A DNA stretch of 62,900 bases, the filler included, from Globobulimina sp. (Eukaryota), in the NCBI GenBank assembly GCA_003354225.1. It is 24 parts of 24 records of this genome, joined end to end, with 100 filler letters (N's around TTAATTAATTAA, not from the genome) between each part and the next. Parts side by side here need not be neighbours in the genome. Positions count along the whole stretch, not along the records: positions 1 to 2,527 come from PIVH01006162.1; positions 2,628 to 5,154 come from PIVH01006163.1; positions 5,255 to 7,781 come from PIVH01006164.1; positions 7,882 to 10,408 come from PIVH01006165.1; positions 10,509 to 13,035 come from PIVH01006166.1; 19 more parts are not named here. One strand, given 5' to 3'. Below, piece after piece: positions 1-11,706 of this stretch. The notes below the pieces were generated by a model. The model saw only the letters and a list, made by a program, of their open reading frames with translations. It was not told the DNA's origin and searched no databases. Each line of letters starts with the position of its first letter. The first letter of the stretch is position 1. A program made the position numbers and the translations under genes.

Positions 1-262
1 GGTTACAAATATATAGGACCAAGAACGAAGAAGATAGAAAAATGCTCATATTAGTCATCTATACTGACAAATCTCAAAACAAGTTCCATGTGTTCATTTG
101 TTATAACTTTGCGCTGGATTTGCAAATCCAATTAAGATACAAAGTAATAACAAACGCAACACAAAGCTATAGCAGACCGTGTCTGTATAACTATAATCAG
201 CTCACACCGCACAAAAGTGTTGTTTGTATAATTGTATATTTTAATCGACAATTAAGAAAGAA

Positions 263-1325
263 TCATTTTTTATTTTTATTGAGTGTTGGAAATATAAGAT
301 TTGGAAATTTATTTGTAATTTCTTTAAATTCATCAAAGGAAAGACCAGCATCATTATTTATATCGATATCTATTTGTCTCATAATCGCAGTTACTTTCGA
401 TTGAACCTGTTGTTTATTTGTGGCCATATGCGTTGATTTTAATATTTGTGATAATTCCGACTTATCGATTGAACCATTCCCATCAATATCGAATATATTA
501 AATGCATATTTTATTTTCAATTCTTTATTATTTGTCACTAAATTAACGACACAGATTAAAAATTCACGGAAATCAATTTGTTTTTTAGAATTTGGTTGAA
601 ATAATTTAAACAAAGATTCACAAATCGGATTTTCTGCTTTTTCCTGGATGGATTTGCAGAAATTTTCATATTTTATCATCCCGGTTTGTTGATTATCGCA
701 TTGATCCAAACAGTTTGCATGAATCGCATCAATATTTTTGGTACTAAAATTAATTTGTTTCATCATATTTTTTAAAATAAACGCTCGGTCTGCCTTTTCA
801 TTTGCTGTTAATATTTTAAATGACGGTGATTTGTAAAACTCTTTTTGTGGATCATTGCCATGTTTATTATAATTTGTTATCGTTGATTCAATTGGTTTTA
901 ATTTCTTTTTTGTAACGCCTTTCGATATAATCTCTTCTTGTTCTTTGGGTGACAATATTTTGGTTGACGGCTTTTTTATTACTTTTGGAGGCCCAGAATG
1001 TCTAAATATCATTCTTGCAAATTCATCAAATGTTATTTGTCCATCGCCGTCAGCATCACACATTCTTATCATTTCATCAATATCTTCATCGGTTGCGTTT
1101 TCCCCTAAATGTTGATAGACTCTGTGGTTTTCAGAATTGTTATAGGAATTAGGAATATACTGATCGGAAAAACAAACAAGTCAGATTTGTATATACAAAC
1201 CTTCTCAATTCGCCAGCGCCAACAAAACCATTATCATCCAGATCAAAAGCATTAAAGCACGATTCGACCTCTGCCACTGTGAATGGACCAAATGGATCAT
1301 CACTCGCATTGATGTTAGCTGTCAT
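263..1325 (-). CDS. Multi-EF-hand calcium-binding protein (calmodulin-like N-lobe plus calcineurin-B-like C-terminal part); intron 1200-1122
   Basis: EF-hand loops DLDDNGFVGAGE, DADGDGQITFDE, DIDGNGSIDKSE and DINNDAGLSFDE. A GT-AG intron joins ORF 1149-1334 in frame to ORF 263-1072 (ELRR|VYQHLGENATDEDIDEMI). Confidence 0.9.
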
Positions 1326-1433
1326 ACTCAGCAAAGCAAGGATCGAACCAAAGTAAAAAAAAAACTTACATAGATTACATCTTATTTTATATCTGTTAAA
1401 AACATTGATTGGTTATGACAATTGCATAACAAT

Positions 1434-1994
1434 TTATGTACAGTCAGTGTCAAACATATCGTCTGTATTGATTGTATGGTCCAACTTCGCATACATTGAT
1501 TTTGGTTTCTTTTTGTTGAACACATATTCCGCCAAACCAGCCATAATTACAAATGATAATATGTTTACAATCCACCATGTAAAACTCCATGGGAAATGCT
1601 TCAATATCCAACATAAAACAAAATGAAACATGTATATCGCCGACACGTAATCCAAACATTTATGTGATCTCTTTGCCCGTTTTACAGTCACTGTCGTAAT
1701 ATAAGCGCTGTAATTATATAAAAGATAATACGGTACATCATTGTAGTGATTGTATAACGCAAACACACACCATGGGATTGATGATAATATGTAGCATATA
1801 ATTACAGTATGTCCCTCGCCAAGATTTAATTTATTGCTATCAAATAATAGTCCAAATATTGATTGATGTGAGTTATAATCAAATAATGCCAATAATGTTG
1901 AGGTTATCCCATAAAATATCATTTGTAAAAATAGTATTCGTGTGATAATTTCTGCTGAATTCAACTTTTCCTTCTCATAAACGAGCCGATTCAT
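1434..1994 (-). CDS. SYS1: SYS1-family Golgi membrane protein; probable in-frame 63-nt intron 1770-1708
   Basis: IITRILFLQMIFY, VKRAKR..CLDY and FPWSFTWW match the Sys1 family pattern. Removing GTGTGT...TTACAG deletes an atypical insert. Confidence 0.8.
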   Translation of the reverse strand: MNRLVYEKEKLNSAEIITRILFLQMIFYGITSTLLALFDYNSHQSIFGLLFDSNKLNLGEGHTVIICYILSSIPWCVFALYNHYNDVPYYLLYNYSAYITTVTVKRAKRSHKCLDYVSAIYMFHFVLCWILKHFPWSFTWWIVNILSFVIMAGLAEYVFNKKKPKSMYAKLDHTINTDDMFDTDCT

Positions 1995-2119
1995 GATATA
2001 TATAATTGAAAGAGTGCAAGGATTAAAAAATGACTTAAATGACTATAAAATGATTGTTTTTAAAGTAAACGTTTTTTTTAGCAACACTTCAAAAAATAAC
2101 CAAATTAAAAACGTTACAA

Positions 2120-2527
2120 TTAACGGTCATCATTGCCATTATCCATGGAAGTCAATATTTGACATTGAAAATGTCCAAATCTTTTGAACTGATTATCTTT
2201 CCAAACACCCATAAAATCGAAACCATTAAAAAACCCATCCATAACATATCCATTTCTTAATTGTACACGTAATCCACCATAAATATCCCATTCTGATTCT
2301 ATTTCATCAACAACAAACATATTATCCTCATCCATCAAAATCCCATCATTCCGATTCTCATTCAATAACTTAACAATTCCTTTAATTTTAAAATCTATTT
2401 TGTTTAAATCTAAATAACATTTAATTATTTGTCTATCCTCGACACAGAACAACAACTTCCTATCCCTTTCATTTATATTTGGTAAACAATTAAAATGCCC
2501 ATAAAATTCATATTTCCCTGCATTTAA
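2120..2527 (-). CDS. Hypothetical protein, 5'-truncated by contig end
   Basis: Open frame running toward the contig edge with protein-like composition; no family recognised. Confidence 0.4.
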   Translation of the reverse strand, partial: LNAGKYEFYGHFNCLPNINERDRKLLFCVEDRQIIKCYLDLNKIDFKIKGIVKLLNENRNDGILMDEDNMFVVDEIESEWDIYGGLRVQLRNGYVMDGFFNGFDFMGVWKDNQFKRFGHFQCQILTSMDNGNDDR

Positions 2528-2627
2528 NNNNNNNNNNNNNNNNNNNNNNNNNNNNNNNNNNNNNNNNNNNNTTAATTAATTAANNNNNNNNNNNNNNNNN
2601 NNNNNNNNNNNNNNNNNNNNNNNNNNN
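2528..2627. other. Artificial contig spacer (first of 23): 44 N + TTAATTAATTAA + 44 N
   Basis: The same 100-nt linker, with stops in all six frames, recurs about every 2.63 kb. Contig lengths fall steadily from 2527 to 2522 nt, so this is a length-sorted concatenation. Confidence 0.99.
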
Positions 2628-2792
2628 TGTATAAAATAATGAGTTTCACGATGATATAGTAAAAGTAAAATAAAGTTACTTTTACCGGCGTTTTTGGGAA
2701 TAAATCCTTAAATTAAAATAATAATTAACCTTAAAGATCGTTTGCAAACTTAAACTAGGCTTACTTGACACTAGCGTTTTAGTTTCAACATC

Positions 2793-4194
2793 ATGGCCTC
2801 AAGTACCTTTCTTTACGTCCAGTCATACCAATAGTTTACATTTTCTATCACTATATAGGTCCAGATAAAGCCCAAACATTCAAATCACCACAAATACGCT
2901 TACAGCAATTATTGGCAGGAAAGCAACTGAGAAACTGGACCTCATCGGATGTTATTTTATGGCTACAACTTGTCAACGATGGATTATTCTGCAAATACAC
3001 TGACATATTTTCAGCAAAACAAATAACTGGACAAACATTGATGACCTTGGATAACAACAAAATAGCATCAGACTTACTTGGAACGCAGCATCAAATCAAC
3101 ACATTTGTGCAAAGTATAAAGCAACTTAAACAAAAAAATGGCCGTAAAATGTCCATTCACCGACGAAGACAGCGCAGAGGGACTCAATCGCAAACATTGC
3201 AATTCCACCCTCCACAGTTACAATCATTGAATACTCGCTCTTTACGAGATTTAAATTCAGCCATTCGGATACCGCGCGCATCGACGCCGACCATTCGCAT
3301 ACCGCAGTCAAAAAGGCGTAAATATCGATCACGAGCATCCTCATCACAGTACGAACAACAATCTGCCACACCGACGCCCGCTTCATCCAACATTGTAAAA
3401 GCTTTCACTTTCACCGCATTATCACCACTCAGTACCAATTCAGGTGTTTATAAATAACTGCACAGAACAAAAAAAGCAACAAAATGTCTCCCTAACCGCA
3501 AAAATCCGATACAAATAACATTTTGTCGTATATACTATATACAGAGCTAAGTAATGTGAGTGCGCCGGTGAGCCGTCAAAGGTCGTACTCTTTCGGCGAT
3601 GAGGAGGACCCCACAGATAAGAAATCTTTGTGGAAATTGTACAAATCAAAAGAGACATATTCAGGGATATTATTCAAACGGGGGAAATTTCATAAATCTT
3701 TCAAAAAACGATGGTTGGTTTTGTGTGCTAAGGACAATAATTATAAACAAGGCAATACATACAAAAAGAGACACTCACGAAATCTGTCGGCGAGTTTATT
3801 TAGTAACAGCATGGACGATGAGTATGAAACAAAGTATGCATCGACTCCGTATTCATATAATTTCAATGCGAAGAAAAAAAGTAAATTAAAATATTTAAAT
3901 ATTGGATATTTGTTTTATTTCAATGAGCGGCCGATCAAAGATAATGATTTTCCAAACGGTTTTATTGATTTGTCGAGAATGGAGTGTATTATTGGCCTGT
4001 TTTATGACAATGGAAATGAGAGTGAGCGTGACATAAACCATAAGAAAATAAAGTATTTAAAGAAAAAAAGTAAGGATAGCAAATATTATGAGATTGTGTT
4101 GAAAACTACAGATAGGGAATGGATATTTGGCGCGATTGATAGTTCGAGTTATGTCGAATGGTTGATAAGGCTCAAAAAGTTTGAGCACAAATAA
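2793..4194 (+). CDS. SAM-domain plus PH-domain signalling protein; introns 2803-2858 and 3444-3544
   Basis: SAM motif WTSSDVILWL...KYTDIFSAKQITGQTLMTL. PH motifs YSGILFKRGKFHKSFKKRWLVL and TTDREWIFGA..EWLIRL. Both introns are GT-AG and restore frame. Confidence 0.85.
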
Positions 4195-4314
4195 TTAAAT
4201 TTTGCAAGTGAGTGCTTTTTTTTTATTTACTTTTATTGAAATGTGTTACGTCGCTCAGATCGAAAAATAAAGTTTACAAATCGTCAAATCTTAAATAAGT
4301 TTTCTACAATTTTA

Positions 4315-4794
4315 TTAACTGTTTGTTGTGCTGTTTGTGTTATTTGTGTTGTTTGGAGTGTTTGTGGAATTATTATTGTTGGTATTGTTTATAATGTTTG
4401 TGGCCGTGGTGTTATTGTTGTTTGTTGATATTGGATTGTTGACATTATTGAAAGTGATATTCATGAGATTATTAAGACGAATAATTGACCGCAGTCGTGT
4501 CCTAATGGTCGTTAGCTCGTTTCGCAGCAATTCTGCAGAGTTTGTTGTCAATGCTATATTTGTTCTACGCCGTGAATATGCTTCACTACGTCTGAATTGT
4601 TGGGAGAGTCTTGCAAATTCGTCATTTGACATTACATCGGGCTCGTCGGAATTTGGTGGAACATTTTCCTCATCATCGGTCTCTGGGTCTTTATGTTCGG
4701 CTGCTGTGCCCTGTGTGTTTGTGCCGACATTTCTAGATCTGGTTGTTCTGTTTCTCCTGCTGTTAGCTGCAATGTCTGGAATTGAAGAGCTCAT
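4315..4794 (-). CDS. Hypothetical low-complexity (N/T-rich) protein
   Basis: ATG-initiated 159-aa ORF with a short helical core and an AAT/AAC-rich tail. Confidence 0.5.
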   Translation of the reverse strand: MSSSIPDIAANSRRNRTTRSRNVGTNTQGTAAEHKDPETDDEENVPPNSDEPDVMSNDEFARLSQQFRRSEAYSRRRTNIALTTNSAELLRNELTTIRTRLRSIIRLNNLMNITFNNVNNPISTNNNNTTATNIINNTNNNNSTNTPNNTNNTNSTTNS

Positions 4795-5254
4795 TGTTCA
4801 AAAACTGATTCTATTTCTGTTTTTTTTTGCTATTTTTGCAATTAATTAAAATGTCATAGTTGCTTTGAATAATAAAAATTAATTAATAATTAAATTCAAG
4901 AAAAAAACATTCATCAATGTTATATCAACTAAAAATGATTAACGCAGCACTCAAAATAACAAAAAAACAAAGTGCACTGATTATATAATTATAGTTTTTG
5001 TCAATGATTTGAATTGTGGTTTTTGGTGTTATTTGCTTTAAAATGTAAATATCCTGTATTGTTATTGAATGTATGTATAGTTTGTTGTTTTCCTAAATCA
5101 TGTAATTCTGTTTGTATTTCCTGACATATTGTTTGTAGTGATTTGTTCTCCTTANNNNNNNNNNNNNNNNNNNNNNNNNNNNNNNNNNNNNNNNNNNNTT
5201 AATTAATTAANNNNNNNNNNNNNNNNNNNNNNNNNNNNNNNNNNNNNNNNNNNN

Positions 5255-6056
5255 TATATTTATTTCAACATTTTTGCAATTATTAATAACATACTGTAAG
5301 AAAAATAATTCTGTTTGAATACACAGCTTTTATTGGATCTTTTTCATCTTTGTCAGCAGTTTTTTGTTCACTAAAAACGTTTTCAAACATTTCAATTGAA
5401 CGTTTATAAACTTTGCCCAAATCTTCATTACCCCCGGCTTTTATTGCTAATATTTTCTCGTTTAACTGTTTCATATCAATATTTTTAACAAAATCTAATT
5501 CTTGAATCACTGTAAAATATTCAATAAATTTAATTACTCCAATTCTATCATCATCGGTTAAATGTGATAATAATGCAACTATTGATTCATTTGCAACCTG
5601 CATTTTATTTTTTGCTTTTTGACTGGCATCGTCTTCATTATTTTTATAAAATCTACTATTCATCGAACCACTGTGATCAACACATATTATCAAATTTAAA
5701 TTATTTCTTTCAAATGTATTCACATCAAAGTTTTCATTCAATCCAACCGTCATAAAATATTCTGTTGTATCTTCATCAATGCCTTTGACCGATGTCTCGT
5801 TATTTTGAAAGGATAATCTTTGCGCTTTAATTAACGATGTTGGTTTTTTAGTTTTTGCATAACAATATGTCGGCACTATTAATTGATCTTTTTCATCATA
5901 TTCTTTTTCGTCTTCATTTTGTTTGTTTGTTTTGGTATCAAACATATATTCGTTAAATAAACCTTCATATGTCATAGTTGATACGTTTGGCAATCGAACT
6001 AAAGAAGAATCACGGAATGTGTGCACATCTTGAGCACCTCCAACATTGGCGCCCAT
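5255..6056 (-). CDS. von Willebrand factor A domain protein, 3'-truncated
   Basis: MIDAS motif LIICVDHSGSM, HLTDDDRIGVIKF, and NRIIFLT followed by a GTATGT donor at the contig end. N-terminal VGGAQD..F..TYEGLFNEYMFDT. Confidence 0.85.
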
Positions 6057-6368
6057 TGCAGAAAACGAATGGGTAAGAAAAACTGAACAAGTAAAGCACA
6101 CTAACCATCACAATCCACAACTAACTGTATGTCGCGATGGGACAAATTTTAAAAATAACATGTAACAAATTACAATGCCGAATTAAAACATGCAAGAAAA
6201 ACACAACAAAAAAAAACAACTAAAAACAAGACGGAAATCCACAGAAATCCACCAGATAAACCAGTGAAATCTGTGCATGAGCAAACACACATTAACACAT
6301 AAAATAAATCGGCAAACTTACTTAAACATAACACATAACACATAATGACATTTTATTATTTTTTATAA

Positions 6369-6836
6369 TTAAAGACATATTAACAAAATGATACAAATTA
6401 CAACCACAAAGGCAGATGATTTCTTTCGCGTTGTTATTCTTTTTTTTTTGGCAACAGCCGAACCCGTACTTTTAGGTTTGTTGTGATTGCAGCTTTTGTC
6501 ACTGTTGTCACTTTTGTCACTCTTATCTGTATCATAAAATGTTAATGTTTCACGATGGCCACGTTGACCATATCGCGATACAATATGAACAACAGCTCTT
6601 TCATCAAATGTCACCTTTAATGGAGAACCGTTTTTTGCTTTTCTCTCTCTAGCAATTGTGAATGGGTTTGTATCTGATTTAAGAGAGCTAGGCTTGGATT
6701 TTGTTTGTACATTATCCCCTTTCGATGCTGTTTCCACCGGTTTCTTGACTTTCTTCTCATTGTGAATATTAATAATATCAGATGTAAGATGGGTTATCGG
6801 TGATTTTAATAATCTTACTGTTGTTTTGATTGTCAT
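6369..6836 (-). CDS. Basic hypothetical protein with C-terminal tail anchor
   Basis: K/S-rich ORF ending in the hydrophobic stretch AFVVVICIILLICL*. Confidence 0.55.
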   Translation of the reverse strand: MTIKTTVRLLKSPITHLTSDIINIHNEKKVKKPVETASKGDNVQTKSKPSSLKSDTNPFTIARERKAKNGSPLKVTFDERAVVHIVSRYGQRGHRETLTFYDTDKSDKSDNSDKSCNHNKPKSTGSAVAKKKRITTRKKSSAFVVVICIILLICL

Positions 6837-6979
6837 TATCTGCGAGGATAAAGGCCAAGTTTTTGGGTGATTAGATATCTCACTCAAATAATAATTGGAT
6901 TCGACCCAAATACAAATTAATAATAATTAAATTAATAATTACATGCAGAAAATATATTACTTGTACGTATAAAATGAAC

Positions 6980-7781
6980 TCATTTCAATGGAAAATGCTT
7001 GACAGCAATTTCTTTAAATTCATCTTTTCTTTCATATAGCGCTTCAATAACTTGTTGTATTTGTTCTTTTGTTGCATTACCTAAATGATGATAACCTCCA
7101 TCTGCTGACCCTTTAACCACATATTCAATCACCTCCTTTATATCCTTACTATGTACCTGCTCCGCCATTGCTTGCCGTGCAGATTCAGGCCAGTAAGCAG
7201 CACCAAGCAACCCTCCAAATATTCCATTAACGCCTTTCACAACAACATCAATATCCGATTCTGCATTTTTCTTCTCATCATCACGTCCATCCTCCGCAAC
7301 TACAAAATTCTTCAATACAATTTTCTTAAACTCATCTTTCCGTTTCGTTATTGCACCAATTACCTGTTCCAACTGTTCCTCCGTAGCCTCAGCCAATCCA
7401 TGATACCCAGCAACCGCAGAACCTCTCACCATTTCACTAATCACGGTCTCAACCGCTTTATTGCGTATACCAGTGGCCATTGTATTATAATGTTTCGTCG
7501 GCCAATATGAAAGTGATTGTGCTGAAATCCCCTGAAAAATACCTGCAACCGCAGTGGTAATCAACTGTTCCGTGTCCGTAACCTTTGTCTCTGGAGGTAT
7601 CGTATTTGGTTCATGCGCCGGGAAAAAAGCAACAAATCTCGACTCAATTGATTCTCTCGATGGCGTATCTTTGGTGGTTGTCGGATCATGAATGGCGGAA
7701 TGAAATGTGTAACGAGCAGCGGCTGTGTAATCTGAATCGAATTGTTTGAATATTATCATTTCATTCTTGGCCATATTTGGA
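6980..7781 (-). CDS. CmcJ/NvfI/AsaB-family oxidoreductase C-terminus fused to a duplicated helical domain; 5'-truncated
   Basis: EMIIFKQFDSD...RYTFHSAIHDP..PSRESIESRFVAFF matches the family C-terminal motif (K.yDS..H.AF.DP..RESIE.R). It is followed by two copies of an about 85-aa module. Confidence 0.7.
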
Positions 7782-7881
7782 NNNNNNNNNNNNNNNNNNN
7801 NNNNNNNNNNNNNNNNNNNNNNNNNTTAATTAATTAANNNNNNNNNNNNNNNNNNNNNNNNNNNNNNNNNNNNNNNNNNNN

Positions 7882-10408
7882 GGCAAATGTTTCAGATATT
7901 TCTCCAACAATAAACCATACCGTTCTGCAAACCACATATTAGTATTATTTGTCAGATCATATTCGGATTTCAGATGATAATATAAATAATGTCCAATTTG
8001 AAACGGCTTATTCAATGCGCGGATGATTAGAAACGTAGATAAAAACGATTCGTGATGCAACTCATATTTCAGCGCTTGAACCAATTGCAGCAAACACGAC
8101 TTACTCAGCGTGTAATCGTCCAATTTGTTTAAACAGTTTATAGCGTATAATCTTATTCTATTATCAGCAAATTCGTAGCGTAATAATTCAATCATATCCT
8201 CGGGATTTGACGGTTTGTCCCATCTTTCCAAATAATCATAGGCTTCCATACGACTTTCCATATCCAACCATTTCACACTACGCAGAAAAGTCGGGATGTT
8301 GCTACTGTCTCTCATCAACTTCTCCTTATTCGAATATATCAACATTTTGTCTCTTTCATCCAATGGGAATATGCCGTCTCTTTGGATGATATCATGTAAT
8401 ATGTTCTGCGAAGGAAAGGTCACTCGGTCATAGGCTTTGATTTGTCGCCGGATGTAATGAGGTCTCCTCATGTTCACAATGGGCGCAACTATGTCAAATT
8501 TATAGTTCAATGCGAAATTAATTGTTAAAATCACACTGTTTATCTTATTATTCCTTTTTAATTGGCATTCCCGCACAGAGCCAAACTTTTTGAATGTATT
8601 CGTAGAATATGGATCTATTTTGGGCCCACCTTTGATATGTTTGAATACCGGCACTGGCCACATATGCAAGTTATGCTCGCCTTTGATTAGTCGATGCGAG
8701 CTGGAGACCATTGGCAATTTAACAAAAGCGATTGCTTCCGAATGATAAATTTGTTCCTTATCTTCTTCTTCCTCGTTGAAACTGTGCGGTACGTTGGGCA
8801 TTGACCTGGTTGTTTCGGGCCGACGTTGATAGAAATCATTAATGTCGCTGTCACCAATAAATCCATCCGTATCTGACACTGTTTTGGCTGAGATATGCTG
8901 ACTGTTTCTATGAATGTTGTCCTTTTCCTTTGCGTCGATAGCCATAAAACGCAATATTTTCGGTTGCTGCTTCTTTTGTTTTTTGCTTTTCTGTTTTTCT
9001 TTTTTCTGTAACTGTTGCTCGGCAGACACATTCTTTTTGATTCCATACAATGTAAAACACCAAATTGCTTCGCGTGGCAAACACGAATAGTATAAACCTG
9101 TATTTTTGGTAGAAAATGTACAGTGCTGTTTGGGCATTTTAATGTGATCCGAAAGCAGTGCCGTTGGGATACGAACGTCCCAGGAACACTGCGCAAAAAC
9201 TTCCGCTCCAAACATCAATTCGATGCGTAATATGTAGGTAAAATATGCAGCGTACTGTTTCTGTCTAATTCTGGGACAAACTGTTATATTCTTTAAAGCT
9301 TTGATACTGAAAACAATGTCGTGGTCGAATTCAGATAATCGAACTACTTCACTCTCAATTTTATTCCATTCGATATCTGTTATTTGCCCATTCAAATTAT
9401 TTGATACGTTGCTGAAAGTTGGTGTGTCCACAGCCACCGAGGTCTGAGCGCCGGCGTTGCAGATTGAGGGTATTTTATTTTGTAGATACAATATTTCATT
9501 GCTGATGTCCTCGTTTAACCGGTTTAAAGACTCTTTGATTTGATTGTCATTTATTGTCTCTTTTATGGTATTTCCAATGCAATAATATCCTTTGTATTGG
9601 TATGACAATGCTGCTTTATTTCTGGTTGTGTGAGCTGAGGAATATGCTCTATATTTCTTGCTATCATATTCAATTAATTTGCGGTCATAAAGCAATACTA
9701 ACGAGGCATTGTACATATGTTGGCGTGTTTGAGTGCACTGACAATGGTTTTGTCTGATTTCGTTCCGTAGAAACGACAAAGACATAATTTTAATATGATT
9801 GCTGTTCCTATCATTTTTCAAATATTCCTCTCTGCCGCAGACCTTCAATATAAAACAATTAACATTCAATTTGTCCAACAAATGCCTATATGGTTCGTGT
9901 TCCTTTGTGCATTTAATTTGTGACAGTAAATCCGTAACAGCTATTTTTACGGTGGTATCACTCTCAAACAACAGCTGTGTATCATAAGTATGGTCATCTT
10001 TAATATACTCATTCTGTATCAAGTTACTTATATTATATTTTACTGTGATAATATATTGTTTCTGTTTGGATGTTAACGGCAAAGCTAACGAGCTCAGCAT
10101 GGTCGGATACATTACATCTTTCAAGGCCGGTACTAACTTATTATAATTTATGTTATTGCATTGCTGATAATACACTTTAACATATTCATTATCAAAATCC
10201 CATCCTTCATTGTTATCAAACCGCAGCATTGTGTTTATTCTACCCACAGTTTCCTCATATCGTTGACTTGCATCATAATCTCGCATATCAGTATCCATTC
10301 CCATCTCCATTTCCTTTTTACTCTCATGAAATGACTCAGGAACATTATCCGTTGGCGATGGGGTCTCATCGCTCTCTTCCTCCACAATCGCATCATGAAC
10401 AATATTCA
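7882..10408 (-). CDS. Class I-type phosphoinositide 3-kinase catalytic subunit, internal fragment (RBD, C2 and helical domains)
   Basis: FILKVCGREEYL (RBD), YSCLPREA and NLHMWP (C2), FLRSVKW..ELL..FADNRIRLYAINCL..LLQLVQALKYE..FLIIRAL..IGHYLYYHLKSE (PIK helical). Confidence 0.92.
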
Positions 10409-10508
10409 NNNNNNNNNNNNNNNNNNNNNNNNNNNNNNNNNNNNNNNNNNNNTTAATTAATTAANNNNNNNNNNNNNNNNNNNNNNNNNNNNNNNNNNNN
10501 NNNNNNNN

Positions 10509-11657
10509 TTTTGTCATAATGCCGACTCACCCTTTGTTTACTAATATATTTTATCCGTTTTTGTATTTTATCAGTTTCCAGCAACATTGGTAACTTCCAA
10601 TATGATTTCATTAATTCCTTATTGCTGAACGTACCATGTATGGCCGAATGGCATTGCCTACAAATCCATATTCCGTGTTTGTTTAAAAACAACCGTTTCT
10701 CTTTCGCATTAGAATCAGAATGCACTTTTATATATTCATTATGCGTACATGTTGGTATTAAATGGTGCCACGTCAATGGTAATAATCGATTGCAAACACA
10801 ACAAACATCATTGGATGGCTTTATTCTTTTTTTTTTGCCATTTTCATCGATTATCGTATATTTCTCCACATCACTCTCAGTAAAGCCCTCTCCGTATTTG
10901 TCATCTTTCTCTTTGCCATCAGCAAAGATCTCAAAGTTTTTTGTATCTTCGTCATTGATTACCAAACGGGCCAATTTCTCCTCATCCACTTCATATAAAT
11001 CCATCATCTCATTGTGATATTTCTTACCTTTTACGCCATTATTTGCAATTGAATCATCTCTCAATATCATTTTATCCAAATCTTTTTCTTTTTGGGTGCT
11101 TGTTTTTATTGAATCTTGCAACGAAACGGATTGTTTGGGCGTTTTTTCTGTAGATTCGCACTGTTTTAATTGATCAATGACTGTGTTTTGTTCATTGCCA
11201 TAGTCTTCAAGTTGAATGGCATACTCATAGCCTGGCTGTTTGATTTCAGTTATTTTGGCAGCGTACCATTCATCTTTTGATATTTAGATTTTATAATTGT
11301 AATTATATTGGAACATCAATAATAAACTTAACTGTCTTCGATGTACAATGCAATGCATTTTGCATTGATAGGGAATGGTTCATGAAATGGAGGCAAATGT
11401 TTATTGACTTGTAATAATTGGATTAATTTAAGACATAATTGTTTAGATTCTGCTTGTGATGTTGCAATTGAATATGTTAATAACATGTCATTTGTTAATG
11501 CGAATAATTTATTTATTGTTAAAGGCTCTGATTTTTGGCTGTTGTTTAAATATGTTTCAATTACATTAACCAGCCATGATGATATTGGAGATGAATTATC
11601 GGCAATTACGCTGTTTATAATATCTTTGATTGATTGTTCAGCCGTTTCAGCTGACAT
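10509..11657 (-). CDS. Tudor-domain plus HNH (YisB-like) nuclease-fold protein; intron 11332-11274; 3' end at contig edge
   Basis: The spliced frame gives CIALYIEDNEWYAAKI...QLEDYGNEQ (Tudor). The C-terminus has CCVCNR..LTWHHLIP..ICRQCHSAIH..FSNKEL (HNH). Confidence 0.8.
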
Positions 11658-11706
11658 TATTTGACACTAGCTTCTAAATGTTAAATGTTAAAACTAGTAG
11701 TAGACA

